From Xylographa opegraphella (Eukaryota): a DNA stretch of 64,000 nucleotides. A program made the position numbers and the translations under genes. Numbering within the stretch: the first letter of the stretch is position 1; each line of letters starts with the position of its first letter. The notes beneath the pieces were generated by a model that searched no databases, was not told the DNA's origin, and saw only the letters and a program-made list of their open reading frames with translations. This document shows, piece by piece, positions 53,091-64,000 of the stretch. The DNA is taken from contig JALDZX010000013.1 of NCBI GenBank assembly GCA_022813865.1, positions 310,001 through 374,000 of the forward strand. The letters run 5' to 3'.

Positions 53091-54422
53091 ATGTCCCACC
53101 CCCGCACCTCCTTCCTCGACCTGCCCCGAGAAGTGCGAGACCAGTGCTACGAACACCTCCTGACCCCGTCCCACCCAAAGACCGCAGGCAAGGAATCGAC
53201 ATTCCCGAACATCGGGTTCGCATACGCCTTACCCTCCACCATCTTCGTCCTCAACCGCCAGATCGGGCACGAAGCCGGCGCCATCCTCTACGGGAAGAAC
53301 GTCTTCTCCATCGAGCTCCACACCATCCAGGGGCCCGGGCTCCCGCCGTCGGTGCAGGAGCGGGCCGAGCGAATGGCCGACGCCGTCGAGGCCCTCGCCC
53401 GGAGTCCCGCCCGCCCGCTCGTGAGGCGCTTTGTGCTGAAGATGGCCGTCGCGTGCTACTGGCTGGAAGGCCGCAAGGGCTTGGATCTCGTGGTCACGGA
53501 GGACGGGTCGCGGCAGGCCGATGGAGCGGCGATGGCGCTGTTGACGGACGGGCCGCTGCTGGAGAGTCTGATGCTTCGCTTGCGCTTGTGCGATGCCGGA
53601 GCGGCCATCCCGCCTAGGGGGAATGAGGTTCCGCCGTGCACGTCGGAGCTGCCGGTCTATCTGAAGCGGCTGACGCAGCGGGCCCGGAACGTGAACATCC
53701 ACTACGAAATCATCAGTCCCGTCACCAGGAGGTTTTTCCACGAGGAGAATTTTATTCAGCTGGAGCAGCTCGGGCAGCAGTTACACTATCGCGCTGTCAG
53801 GAGAGCTTCCCTCTTGGGTCTGCCGCCGGAGTGTCGCGATGTGATATACAGCTACCTGCTCTGCCAGGCAGAGCAGAAGGCACCGGTGGTGGGCAAGTGG
53901 ACACCCGCATCAGCGACCTTTCCCACGGCTCTGTTACGCAGTTGTTCGCAGATCAAGAAAGAGGCCGCGCCGTTCCTGTACTCTCGTATCCAGCTCTCGA
54001 TCCTCATCGGCCTGAGTAGTGTACGGATGGCGATGGCGAGGGTCCCTCCGCAGTACCGCGCACTCGTCAGACACTACGACCTCACCGTCATCGAACGCTA
54101 CAACCTTCTGCCTACGTACGAGGACGTGTACGAAGTCTGCACCGAGCTTCGCGCAGGCCCGAGGATCAAGTCAGTCCGCATACACATCGAGGTGCCGAAG
54201 CGGCAAACGCCGTTGAAGAGAGGTCTAGATCGGTACGCGTTTGTCGACGGGTTCGCCCCGCTTGCAGACCACGTGGACCACTTCATCGTTGGGATCATCG
54301 CGGCAACGGCGAACACCCCAGACTCGAGTCGCGACGAGGATTGTTATCGCCGACTGCGGGGCGTCTTGGAGGGAGGGGCCAAGTGGTCGTACCCATTCCG
54401 GGAGTATCAATTCAAGGACTGA
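53091..54422 (+). CDS. Hypothetical intronless protein with two tandem F-box-like modules
   Basis: SFLDLPREVRDQCYEHLL...IFVLNRQIGHEAGAILYGKNVFSI is repeated as SLLGLPPECRDVIYSYLL...LLRSCSQIKKEAAPFLYSRIQLSI. Confidence 0.75.
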   Translation: MSHPRTSFLDLPREVRDQCYEHLLTPSHPKTAGKESTFPNIGFAYALPSTIFVLNRQIGHEAGAILYGKNVFSIELHTIQGPGLPPSVQERAERMADAVEALARSPARPLVRRFVLKMAVACYWLEGRKGLDLVVTEDGSRQADGAAMALLTDGPLLESLMLRLRLCDAGAAIPPRGNEVPPCTSELPVYLKRLTQRARNVNIHYEIISPVTRRFFHEENFIQLEQLGQQLHYRAVRRASLLGLPPECRDVIYSYLLCQAEQKAPVVGKWTPASATFPTALLRSCSQIKKEAAPFLYSRIQLSILIGLSSVRMAMARVPPQYRALVRHYDLTVIERYNLLPTYEDVYEVCTELRAGPRIKSVRIHIEVPKRQTPLKRGLDRYAFVDGFAPLADHVDHFIVGIIAATANTPDSSRDEDCYRRLRGVLEGGAKWSYPFREYQFKD

Positions 54423-55540
54423 GGATGCAGCTCGTGCACGATGAGGCAATGGCTAACTAGATACCTTACCTTTCGATATCATGATAGACGGTTGTCCGCA
54501 GAAAGCATTGGCTTGGCGGCCTGTATCTCTGCAGGCTGCAATATGCCCCGACCATAGCCAATTGGCAAGGCCAGCTCTGTGTGTACATAACACGCACCAG
54601 CTTTCCGCGTTGATCTCACAAGATCACAACAACGCATGAGTACCGTAGCTTGACTGGGTTGGAGGCCGCACACCGAGGTTCTTCGCAATTCGGCAAATGG
54701 GTTGATAGGTACGGAGTATGGGGCTCGGGCCACCGTCCGATCCCGCCAAGCTGATCGAGAGGGGCAAAAGGGAGGCGGTGAAGGAAGGCTGGAGTAGGCG
54801 CTAAGACCGGTTGAGCTTAGGTCGGGAAGCTTTACTGCATGGGCGGGCCCCACCCGAGTCAAATGCCCGGCGAGTCACGAAGCCTTCAAGCCGCACGAAG
54901 CTACCTAAATCTACTTCTAATTGTGCCTGCAGGAACAACGAAGCGCACGGTCAGAGCGGGAGAGAAGTCCATCCGTGGTTCGTTGAAACGTTACCTTATG
55001 CTGCGACGCGGAGCTGGGGTATCGCGGTTACTGGCGGTGTTGGTGGTTGGAACTATTATTCGACTGTGTCGCAGTTGCACACTCCGAACTACACCTGAGC
55101 CGGGCGGAGTTTGTTCATGCGAGCGTGAGGAGGGGGCAGGTGCACGCGATGCGAAGCGGTGTTCTGGCCCAGGGCTGGGGGATCATGGCCTGCTTGGCGA
55201 CGTGGGTTTCATCATCATGCTGGCCCCGATGAAGAAAGCCTGGGGGAAGATCCACTAGCGTGCGCAGAATATGCAGCCACTACCAGTATAACGGCTTTGG
55301 AGGCAACCTTGGTTGTGAGGTGACGGTATCGGAAATCTGATGAATGATGACAGGTGAAGGAGGACAGCGTGCCTTGAATGAATACTCGATACCTCCTGTT
55401 GATTCTATAAATCATGGATTTCAGGTTGTATGGACAGGTCTGAGAGAGTGGAATCCGCCTTCGAGCTATGTACAAGTTGTCCTGCTTCGACAACGCCGTG
55501 TCGTGACATTCGTACCGTATGTACAGTGACCTCTACCGCC

Positions 55541-55894
55541 TCACTCATCCTTCTTCCCATCCCCAAACCCTAATACCTGGCCGATCCGTCCGCCCGGCTT
55601 CGGGACCGGACACTGATGCGCTCTCCTGGCCATGATTTCTTTCTCGCTCATAAATGCTACGCTGTCCTCCTTCTCCACCGGTGTGCCGGCGGCTGCCCCA
55701 TCTCGATCCGGCGGTAAGGTCCGCCGCCGCCGTCTTCTCCGCCTATCCTCTCCGACCTCGACGTCTGCAAACTCCGTCCGGGGAGCCGGACACGGAAGAA
55801 TGTGTGGCATACCCACCACGAGGAAGGACACGAGTAAGGTGGCCCCGAACAGCGAGGTCGTCAGACGAGACCGGGGGTGGAGATGAGGAGGCAT
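55541..55894 (-). CDS. Small protein resembling cytochrome c oxidase assembly factor Coa2 (hydrophobic segment + LPCPA)
   Basis: MPPHLHPRSRLTTSLFGATLLVSFLVVGMPHILPCPAPR...CPVPKPGG. The Coa2 similarity is recalled, not searched. Confidence 0.65.
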   Translation of the reverse strand: MPPHLHPRSRLTTSLFGATLLVSFLVVGMPHILPCPAPRTEFADVEVGEDRRRRRRRRTLPPDRDGAAAGTPVEKEDSVAFMSEKEIMARRAHQCPVPKPGGRIGQVLGFGDGKKDE

Positions 55895-56748
55895 GTTGAG
55901 GGAGCGGGATGGTGAGAGGTGTTGGTGAAGATGATGGCGTGGTGTTACTGCATGTTTGCCTGACACGAGGTCGTCAGCATTCAGCAAACATGAGACACAT
56001 GTTGAGCAGAAGGATTGGTCCTACCATTCGCCAACGACGGCGATCCAACGAGAAGCTATCCTCTGCACCCTCGACCCGCTGTGAATGAATGCCAAACGTC
56101 TGCACAACTGACTACTACTGCTTTGCGTTGCGCGACTTGGGACGATTGCGATGGACTTATTCTTAGAGGCGCTAACAGCCGTAGCGCCTTGCTCCGACTC
56201 GAAACTGGATCTAGGCTGCATCGATCGTAGCGCTGTCGCCACTGTTGCAAGATCTGCCGCCGCTGATTGGCTACATGACGCCGATCCCACCCCACTCGTG
56301 CCGGTTCGGGCTTAGCGCCCACTTGGAGCCAGTGAATGACCGCGGACCTGCACCGGAGAAGGCAGGCTAGCAGCAGGCTAGTTCCCTTGCCTCTCTCATC
56401 ATATTAGCCCGCTCCGACCCGCCCACCTTCATCTCCAATTCTCGCCCTCTTTCATCAGAAAGCACCCACCTCGAACTCCACCTTTCTCCTGCCACCTCCC
56501 CCCCCAACCTTGAATTACCACCATAAACATCCAACCCCATCTCGTTCCTGTTCATCCTTCTCTTTAATTCACCGGATCAAATCACCTTTCTATTCCATCG
56601 CCCGTAATTCATCCTGCTGCTGCCTTCGTCCCTTCTTTGTTGTCGACTTCCGCAGCCGTGCCGCTTCGGAACCGTCGCATAGCCACATCTCACCTTCATC
56701 AGTCCTCTACACCTCGAGCATTGTCATCACTCGTCTCTGTATGCAACC

Positions 56749-57443
56749 ATGTCGGCCTACTACTATGGCCCCCAACATCATCAGCCATCAGGTCAATCGT
56801 CGCATCCTGCCCCGTCGCATAGTCATCACGGGGGCCGATCACGCAGAGCTCCCCGCCTTTCCTCCCAAAATTCACATCGTCAATTCCGAGGCGTGAGAAG
56901 CATGAAGGAGCTGACCGAGGCTCCCACCGTCTCGATCTTCCGTGCTCGATTCGAAGCTGGCCGATCGTTCGACCTCGACGATGATCTCGAGTTTTGTCCT
57001 GGCTTGCTGACCGAAGACGATGTAAGTCGTCCCACAAACAAGCCTACAGGCCCTTTACTCTTGTTTGTTCCGATTCTCGAGTCGCACCGAAGGACTGACA
57101 ATTACCTCGGCAGATCATGTCCATCCACTCTTCTGCATCTGACCGTTCTTCGCTCTCGAGTGGTTCCCCCGATGCATCTCCCCTGCAGCATCAGATTCAA
57201 CCAACACAACAAGTGACGCCCAATTTCTCTCTTTCTTCGGCGTCGAACAACACCTACCATCCTGCCACTGGCTTCCAGTCCAATAATAATCACCTGCAAA
57301 TGAAGCTGCATCAACCGTCGGCACTGCGTTCCCGGAATGCCATCCCCATTGTGAACCCGAGCACTGGAATGCGGGTTGCTAGCCCCCCGCTGTCGATCTC
57401 CCCCGCCAGGATGCAGCAACAGACGTACGCGCGTCGCTGGTGA
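56749..57443 (+). CDS. Hypothetical Ser/Gln/His-rich fungal protein
   Basis: Exons 56749-57021 and 57114-57443 in frame via GTAAGT...CTGAC...CAG; motif RFEAGRSFDLDDDLEFCPGLLTEDD; long CT-rich leader upstream. Confidence 0.75.
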
Positions 57444-58706
57444 CGACTTGGCAAATGACGAATTTCCTTCATTCTGCTTCGTATCTTTGTTGCTGCATCA
57501 TCACCTCTACTGGCGGGCCTCCTCGACAAGCTTCGTTTCAATACTGGATCTTCTCTCTGCGAACTCTCCTGGTCGTCGACTCGACCGCGTTCCCTTCGAT
57601 CTGTACAAACCTATGAACCCTCATGAGCGACGGCGCCAATTTCTTTTCCATTACGATGAAAACCAAAAATACCCATGTGCAAAATATCGGCTTGTGTGAG
57701 CCTAGCTATAGATGTGATGCTGCAGTGATTTATATACAAAGCGATGCTTGGAGTTTACATATTGTTCATTTGCGAATGAGTCTCGTGCTTACGACATCGG
57801 GCATTGCGGGAAAGGAGAAACAAGCTTTATCGGGTTGACGGGATACAACGGTTGGCAAGTTGCTTTGCGGTTGTTGGATGAGGATCGGTGTTGGGAGAAG
57901 TGAGTGCTACCGTCGGCTTGGTCGGTTGACGTGTTTACGCTGTTGCGAGTGCTGGGATATAGCTCGTTGACGACGGAGTCGGATGCTTGGATGGATGTCT
58001 TGCGTCCCGGACAGCGATCGGGGGCTTCTGTTTTTTTCCACCTTTGCATACACGGAATCTCTATCTCACTCGTCTAGGGCTGGAGAGCGGTACCGGCTTC
58101 GGTCACCGCTGGGGATTATCTCGACTGTCTCTTTTGGGGGGCTCGGAGCGGCTTCGGCGCCTCGTCCCGCTGTATCCATATCATAGACGCCAACTTTTTT
58201 TCAACTCTTTCACTATTCTGCTTCTACTGGCTCGCTCGTGTGGTATCTTGTGCGTGCATGTTGTGCTTGTTGGACGTGAATTTGTATCTGGAGTGCCGCT
58301 CATGAACGAATGCTCTGAAAGCGAGGGCCCGGCCAGATCTCCAATCTCCTCCACCCTTCCCGGGGACCGGACCCTCGTCTCCTCCCTCTGGCCATCACCA
58401 AGCAAGCTGAAATGGTCGTCCCGCGGAAAACGAGCGCTTCTGTAGCCCCTGACGAACGGGGGATTTGGGGGAAACTGGAGAAGCTCAGGACCTTCCTCTG
58501 CTACAAGACCGTGTTTGCCAATGCCAATGTCATGCCATGCCATGCAAGCGCATCTCCCTATCTATCTATACCGAGATGTTCGCAAACCTTTTTCCACCCG
58601 GAGCGAGCTACCCATCTATTCTATACTGGTCGTTCGCGAGTATATCCACCGTATGTGCCCTATATCAACTAGCCTGACTCGCACGACTTCCCTCCCCCCT
58701 TTGCCC

Positions 58707-59828
58707 CTACGTTTTTACGAACTCGGCACGATGTCGCGCCGCCCGCCGGTGCCGGTGCCGGTGGGCAGACAGGTGCGACGACGCCGCAGGACCGCGCACC
58801 AGTATTCCCACGCCGGGGTCTCTCGCGGCCACAGACGCCGCATCGGCCACGAGCGCGTCGTCCCTCTTATACCGCGGCGGATTACTGCCCGGCTGTCTCG
58901 GAACCGGGGGACAGTCCCTCCCGACGCAGCAGTCCATCGTGTAGGTACCCACATCCCCATTATTAGCCCCATTATCCCCCGGAAAAGTGTAAGCGGCGCC
59001 GGCGCAGGGGGCGAAGAAGGGGGAGGGCGGGCCGAAGTCGCGGGGCGGGGGCAGGTTCATGGGGTTGCGGCAGCTGCCGTCGGGGTTGGGGTGATAGCAG
59101 GTGTGCAGGGCGAAGAGGTCGACGTTGCAGCCGGTGAAGGACTGCCCGTCGAGCGGGCCGCCCGCGGCCGCGCAGCTGATCGGCACCGTGAAGCCGTCGA
59201 CGTAGCTGACGTCCAGGTCCGGCGACTGGAAGTTGCTGCCTTCGATCTTGCTCGCGTCCGGTTGGCCGTCTTCGTGCGCGAAGGAGATCCGGCCTGCCCA
59301 GCAGGGCGGGAAGACGTATTGCGTCGCGGCGGCAGGTTGGATGATGGAGGGTTGGGGGTTGCCGATGGCGGTGGGGCCGCCGGCGTTGGCGCCAAGGAAG
59401 ACGGACCATGCCGAGGAGTGCGAGTTCATGACGCGGACGGTCATGTCCGGCACGTTGAAGGCGCACGCCGCGGCGCCGTTGGCCAGAGGGGTGATGCCCG
59501 CCGCCGCTGGCGCCAAGGCGCCGTTGGTGCGGGTGACCGAGAGGGCTTGCGGGTCCGAGTCTGCGATCCCGCCGGTGCGGAGGGTGGTGCTGGTTGCGAC
59601 CTCGGACGCGGCGTACGTGATCACGGACGTGGTGACGTTGAGGACCGAGACGACGGACGCGTTGATCGTCACGCTGACGGGCCTGCTGGCTGCGATCAGG
59701 GTCGTGGAAGCGGGAGGGACGGTGCCGAGTCTGTAGGTGCTATTATTCCCCTGACCGCCTGCGGCCGTGGTTTGGGAATAGACAGCGGAGAGCAAGCTCA
59801 GAAGAGCTGGGAAAAGCGAGTGCTTCAT
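58707..59828 (-). CDS. Secreted thaumatin/osmotin-like protein with Thr-rich N-terminal stalk and basic C-terminal tail
   Basis: Signal peptide MKHSLFPALLSLLSAVYS; thaumatin-type motifs WAGR, SKIEG, DVSYVDGFTVPISC, FFAPCAGAAYTFP; intronless with high GC at third codon positions. Confidence 0.85.
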   Translation of the reverse strand: MKHSLFPALLSLLSAVYSQTTAAGGQGNNSTYRLGTVPPASTTLIAASRPVSVTINASVVSVLNVTTSVITYAASEVATSTTLRTGGIADSDPQALSVTRTNGALAPAAAGITPLANGAAACAFNVPDMTVRVMNSHSSAWSVFLGANAGGPTAIGNPQPSIIQPAAATQYVFPPCWAGRISFAHEDGQPDASKIEGSNFQSPDLDVSYVDGFTVPISCAAAGGPLDGQSFTGCNVDLFALHTCYHPNPDGSCRNPMNLPPPRDFGPPSPFFAPCAGAAYTFPGDNGANNGDVGTYTMDCCVGRDCPPVPRQPGSNPPRYKRDDALVADAASVAARDPGVGILVRGPAASSHLSAHRHRHRRAARHRAEFVKT

Positions 59829-61371
59829 GTCGATAGGAGTAAGAGTGGTAAATGCCAAAACGACTTGGATATCAAAGGAGTGTGGGGCCGTTACAATGAA
59901 TACTAAACCCAACGTGCGCAGGTACAAAAGAGCGACTGAAGGAGCGTGGTATGCAATGCAGCAAGGCGAATCGACAGGAGCGAGAAAACATTGTCACCGG
60001 GACAGGAAACATCTCATATAGACACCTCCGGAGGGAAGCACTCGACCAATGTCCGGGAAGGAGTAGTGTGTGCCATGGGGGAGGATCTGATACCTAGCTA
60101 TGATCCCATCACGAACACCGGCCAGACCCGCAGTCCGTGACGAGCCGCTGCCTCGTCCACTCCCGATCACTGGAACAACAGGATCGGTAGGGAAATTGCC
60201 TGAACACATCAAGCACAAGCAGCGCTGTTCCCACTCGTCCGCCGCCATCCCCCAGGGGCAAAAGCCTGCACGCCGACGGCAGTCAGGAGAGAAAGCGGTT
60301 GTAGTCGAGAATGAGTCTTGCAAAGGAGAAGAGTTACTCGAAGCGCTTAGCGTGCCGACTACCTCTGCCATGTGCATTGCGTAGACATCCACGCAGATGG
60401 GGGGGGCGGCGCCAGACCCATAATTTTCCATCTCAAAATGAATATCACGCTGCAACGGGACCATCCTATTCGTCCTCGACCCCATGACGTTTCTCTGTAG
60501 ACTCTTTGGTGAAGGCTGCAATAATCAGCAGTATGTCATTTTGGGGCGTATCCAATCACGTACTTGAGCCGAGCTGTTTCAGAACTTCACTATAGTGGTT
60601 CCGGACGCTCCGCGGCCCCGTCGCAAATCTTGGGCTTCCAACCAATCAGATGCGGAAGATCCGTCACAAATGTTCCGCCGAACGGCCATTTTGTAATAAG
60701 AAATTGATTGTTGCAATCCTTTTGGACCATCTGCCGTCCCAAAGTGTGCCACGGTACAAGCAGTTCCAAGTCGTCCTGACATACTTCATAGACCATGAGA
60801 ATTCCTATTCGTGAATTCATATCCAGGACACATAACGTTCACTTATTCTTGAAATGGCAGGACTGATACTTGTTGGCATGCGGGGCTGGGGACTTCTCAT
60901 GTCATTGATAATGACTAAAATTAAATATATCACGTATGGCCTTTGGTATATCACTACGAGGTGCACCGAAGTTGATGATGACGGGCAATTGACCTCCGTA
61001 AGGCTCGCGGGTTACTTTGGCAAGCTGAAAGCTACTACAACGCTGGACTGGGACATGCTTATCGTAGGACATGGAAGTAGGGATGGTAATAATGGGTAAC
61101 CAGAGCATGCTTGTCCAGCAGGAAAGGGGCTTCGTCACAGGATCCCGACTACAAGCAATTTATGCACTTTTCAAGTCGTGTCATGGTATTTTGTAGCTAC
61201 TCGGATCTTTGCGATCCGCAAGCTATCACATCCATCGTGGGCGGTCGCCTATCCTATCGTCCGTAGTCCATCATATCAGTCCCAGCACAGTACCAGCAAA
61301 GTGGCAAACTCGGGGTGAATGGGGTGTCGAGCAGAAGTGAGATGATCCATCGAGTCTGGATCAAAAGCCGG

Positions 61372-61800
61372 AAGAAGTGAAGATTGTCCAAAGATCAGAA
61401 CCTCCATATGGTCGAATCTGGACAAGAAGTGAAGATCGTCCAAAGATCAGAATGTCCGTAGGTCGAATCTGGACAAGAAGAAGTGAAGATTGTCCAAATA
61501 TCAAAACCTCTGTAAGGTCAAATCTGGACAATAAGAAGTGAAGATTGTCCAAATATCAAAACCTCTGTAAGGTCAAATCTGGACAATAAGAAGTGAAGAT
61601 CGTCCGAAGATCAGAATCTCTGTATCGTCAAGTATTGAACATGAAGAAGTAAAAGTGTGAAGATTGCCCGACGAGCAGAATCTCCAGAAGATCGGGTCTC
61701 AACCAAGAAAGTAGTAAAGGTGTGAAGACTGTGCAAAGAGCTGTCTCCATGGGATCGAGTCTCAACCATGAAGAAAGTAAAGGTATGAAGTCCGTATGAG
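61372..61800. repeat. 52-55-bp minisatellite: 5 clear units plus about 3 degenerate longer units
   Basis: Units start AAGAAGTGAAGAT at 61372, 61424, 61478, 61533 and 61588; units 3 and 4 are identical. Confidence 0.9.
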
Positions 61801-61971
61801 AGAAGAGACGTGATCCCTGCCGAAGAATCCCCGTGTGCAGCGGCCAAGTAGCTTATCCATGTTACTGCTCCTTGATCAGCTCAGCCAGTAAGATGCGCTC
61901 AGAGGTACAAGGATAAGTTCCATAGCACTGCGCAATGGCAGATAAGAAGGGCCCGAATGGACAGGATCTCA

Positions 61972-63846
61972 TCAAAGCTTGGGATCATTCCTGTTAGGAT
62001 CGCTCCGTCGCCTAATTGAACCCAACCCCAGGCCCCCATTGTTGAGATCAGTAGAAGTCCCTTCCTGTGGCCTTGATAGCAATTGTCCACTCCCACCGGA
62101 GCTCTGTGATCCGAGCGCACGTTGTTCGTTCCGCTGGCGCTGAGCAGTCAAAATCGATTGCACTTGGGTTTTCAAGGCGGCAATCGTAGCATTCAGACGA
62201 CTCATCTCCTCTGCGTGACGCATGTTGTCATTGATGCTTATGTTACTGGCCCTGGCGTCGACTTCGGAAATGGCAGTTCTTACACGAGCGACATCTTCGC
62301 GTAACGACTGGTAAAGTGCGAGAAGCTGAGTTACGGATTCGTAGCTCGATAGTTCGGAAAGAAATTGATTGGAGTGCGACAAACCATGGTAAGGAGGAAC
62401 TCCTGGCATTGGCGATGGCGCGCGTTGAGCAAGAACTTCCTCCACATTCGCCATGAACTCTTTGTAGATATTATTCTGGCGCAGCATGCGTTTGAGCACA
62501 GACTCGTCGCGTTCGAGACGTGTCTGCTGAGCTCCAAGGTAGGGGCGAAGCATGAAAAGAGGACAGACTGCAGTGTGATTGTGGACTGCCTTACGTTTTG
62601 ACGAAAAGGTGCAACCGTAGCTAGCGGCACCGCACTGAACAATCACTTCCCGGCAGATGCTCTTGTGCTCCTCCGCCTGATCCATGTGCATCTCCTGCTT
62701 GCATTCGCGACATTTCCCAATTTTGTTCACGCAGCGTGTCTTTATATGCTCTTCGAGATCGAGCTCTGGCATAACCTTTGGGCAATACTTACAGGTGACT
62801 GATCTATGCTGGCAATGGTTAACTATCATTTGGCGCCGCTGCAGAACCTGGCGACAGCTAGTGTCCGGGCATGGGACGTCCGAAAAGCCACAATGCCGAT
62901 TGACGTGATCCTCAACATTGGACCTCGCCAAAGTCGCCAGACATCCTCTGCTCTTCGATACACATCTTACAACCAATTCATCTAACATCCGGTCAACGAG
63001 CTTGTTGACAGGACCAAGGTTGTCCCACTGGAATCGGCTTCGACAACTGGGGCAAGACTTCTCAGCACGTTGATGAGCTATCGCTAATCGTAGACAGTTC
63101 GCACAGAAGGCATGACCACAAGCGGTCTCGACAGGTACAATCATAACACATCGACAGATCGGGCACACAAGATTTTGGTCGACTTGATTGACATATTCCA
63201 GCTCTCTGAAGTCCACGGAATTCATAGCAGAAATGATCTCTATGGATGGAGAGCGAAATCCTGGAAGCCTTTCGTCGGATGGGGACGTATTGGCCGTGTT
63301 ATCACGAGACAGACGTCGAAAGACAGTACTGAAAGAGAATCTGTCCGTCTGGATTGGTGGCAGTGGCGTGGGAGACTCCAAGGCTGCCCTTGAAGAAGAG
63401 TAAATTGAGAATGATCGTAAGGGAAACCGACCCCGAGCTTCAGAACGGCCCGAACCAGCATTGAGAAGAGCCGAAGTAGCGTTGTGTGAGCCCGAACCAG
63501 CAGTAAAAACCGGAGACTGGGTGGTATCGGAAGACAGATCGCTGGTACCGTTGTTGAGACCCTGGTTATCGGAGAGATCTGTGGCACCAACAGGATGGCC
63601 ATCAACTTGGGCTTGTCCATCGGAGGAACTGTGATCGGGCATGGATTCCAAGTCGCGTCCTGAGTCTGCGGGTCGTATGGGCAAGGGATTGGCCGATGCT
63701 CGACGATTGCTGATACCGCGACGGTTGCTCTCAAAGCGAACATCAATGCCTACTGAATTCCTAGCAGCTCTTGAACTGGTATCCACCTGGGGGTTTCGAG
63801 AACGTCCCGGCATCGTTCCAAGGGGCCACCAATCCGACCTGTTCAT
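61972..63846 (-). CDS. RING-finger + TRAF-type zinc-finger protein (putative E3 ligase), intronless
   Basis: C3HC4 RING CPIC...CGHAFCANC...CPSC, followed by several TRAF-type zinc fingers and a C-terminal coiled coil. Confidence 0.88.
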   Translation of the reverse strand: MNRSDWWPLGTMPGRSRNPQVDTSSRAARNSVGIDVRFESNRRGISNRRASANPLPIRPADSGRDLESMPDHSSSDGQAQVDGHPVGATDLSDNQGLNNGTSDLSSDTTQSPVFTAGSGSHNATSALLNAGSGRSEARGRFPLRSFSIYSSSRAALESPTPLPPIQTDRFSFSTVFRRLSRDNTANTSPSDERLPGFRSPSIEIISAMNSVDFRELEYVNQVDQNLVCPICRCVMIVPVETACGHAFCANCLRLAIAHQRAEKSCPSCRSRFQWDNLGPVNKLVDRMLDELVVRCVSKSRGCLATLARSNVEDHVNRHCGFSDVPCPDTSCRQVLQRRQMIVNHCQHRSVTCKYCPKVMPELDLEEHIKTRCVNKIGKCRECKQEMHMDQAEEHKSICREVIVQCGAASYGCTFSSKRKAVHNHTAVCPLFMLRPYLGAQQTRLERDESVLKRMLRQNNIYKEFMANVEEVLAQRAPSPMPGVPPYHGLSHSNQFLSELSSYESVTQLLALYQSLREDVARVRTAISEVDARASNISINDNMRHAEEMSRLNATIAALKTQVQSILTAQRQRNEQRALGSQSSGGSGQLLSRPQEGTSTDLNNGGLGLGSIRRRSDPNRNDPKL

Positions 63847-64000
63847 TCTGGCTGGTTGGAGGGAAGGATCTTCTAATGGAAAGTTGGGATAAGAAGCATG
63901 ATTTGGCAGAAGGTGTTGAGTGATCGTGTGCGAATGAGAAGAGACCTCGAAAGATGGATTTAAAGGTCGACGGGCGCTATTATAGCGTTGCAGTAGCGTG

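Noticed and set aside
58515..59906. 463-aa plus-strand ORF antisense to the thaumatin-like gene
   Set aside because: Arg/Gly/Val-rich shadow frame expected from high GC at third codon positions on the opposite strand; no motifs.
61372..61640. CRISPR-like appearance of the palindromic repeat array
   Set aside because: Eukaryotic context, intervening segments are homologous to each other rather than unique spacers, and there are no cas genes.
1..64000. tRNA, rRNA, snRNA, snoRNA or intact transposons
   Set aside because: No hallmark motifs were recognised by eye; tRNAscan-SE, Infernal and RepeatMasker would be needed to exclude them.

Overview
Eukaryotic DNA from a filamentous ascomycete (Pezizomycotina-type): gene-dense, with short spliceosomal introns carrying CTAAC/CTGAC branch points. 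I resolved about 26 protein-coding genes by splicing the ORF fragments by hand. They include egt1, VPS15, BCP1, ARO7, MDV1, an SH3 membrane protein, mitochondrial RNA polymerase RPO41, an MDR dehydrogenase, an aldehyde dehydrogenase, a GILT-like reductase, a UCH, a Git3/Gpr1-type GPCR, DcpS, a SAM methyltransferase, an LEA-like protein, a Dpb3/Dls1-like histone-fold protein, a CLC channel, a COA2-like protein, a thaumatin-like protein, a RING-TRAF protein and several hypotheticals. There are four tandem repeats, one assembly gap and a probable decayed HET-like gene. I recognised no tRNA, rRNA, CRISPR or intact transposon. Most interesting: (1) the long egt1 intron at the methyltransferase/sulfoxide-synthase boundary, with a sequence that can pair over its own branch point and outcomes giving a stand-alone methyltransferase; (2) two GC-AG introns; (3) a spliced, 1-nt-frameshifted, repeat-rich N-terminal extension in front of the histone-fold gene; (4) a hairpin-unit minisatellite just downstream of the RING-TRAF gene. 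All calls come from manual reading; no searches were run.
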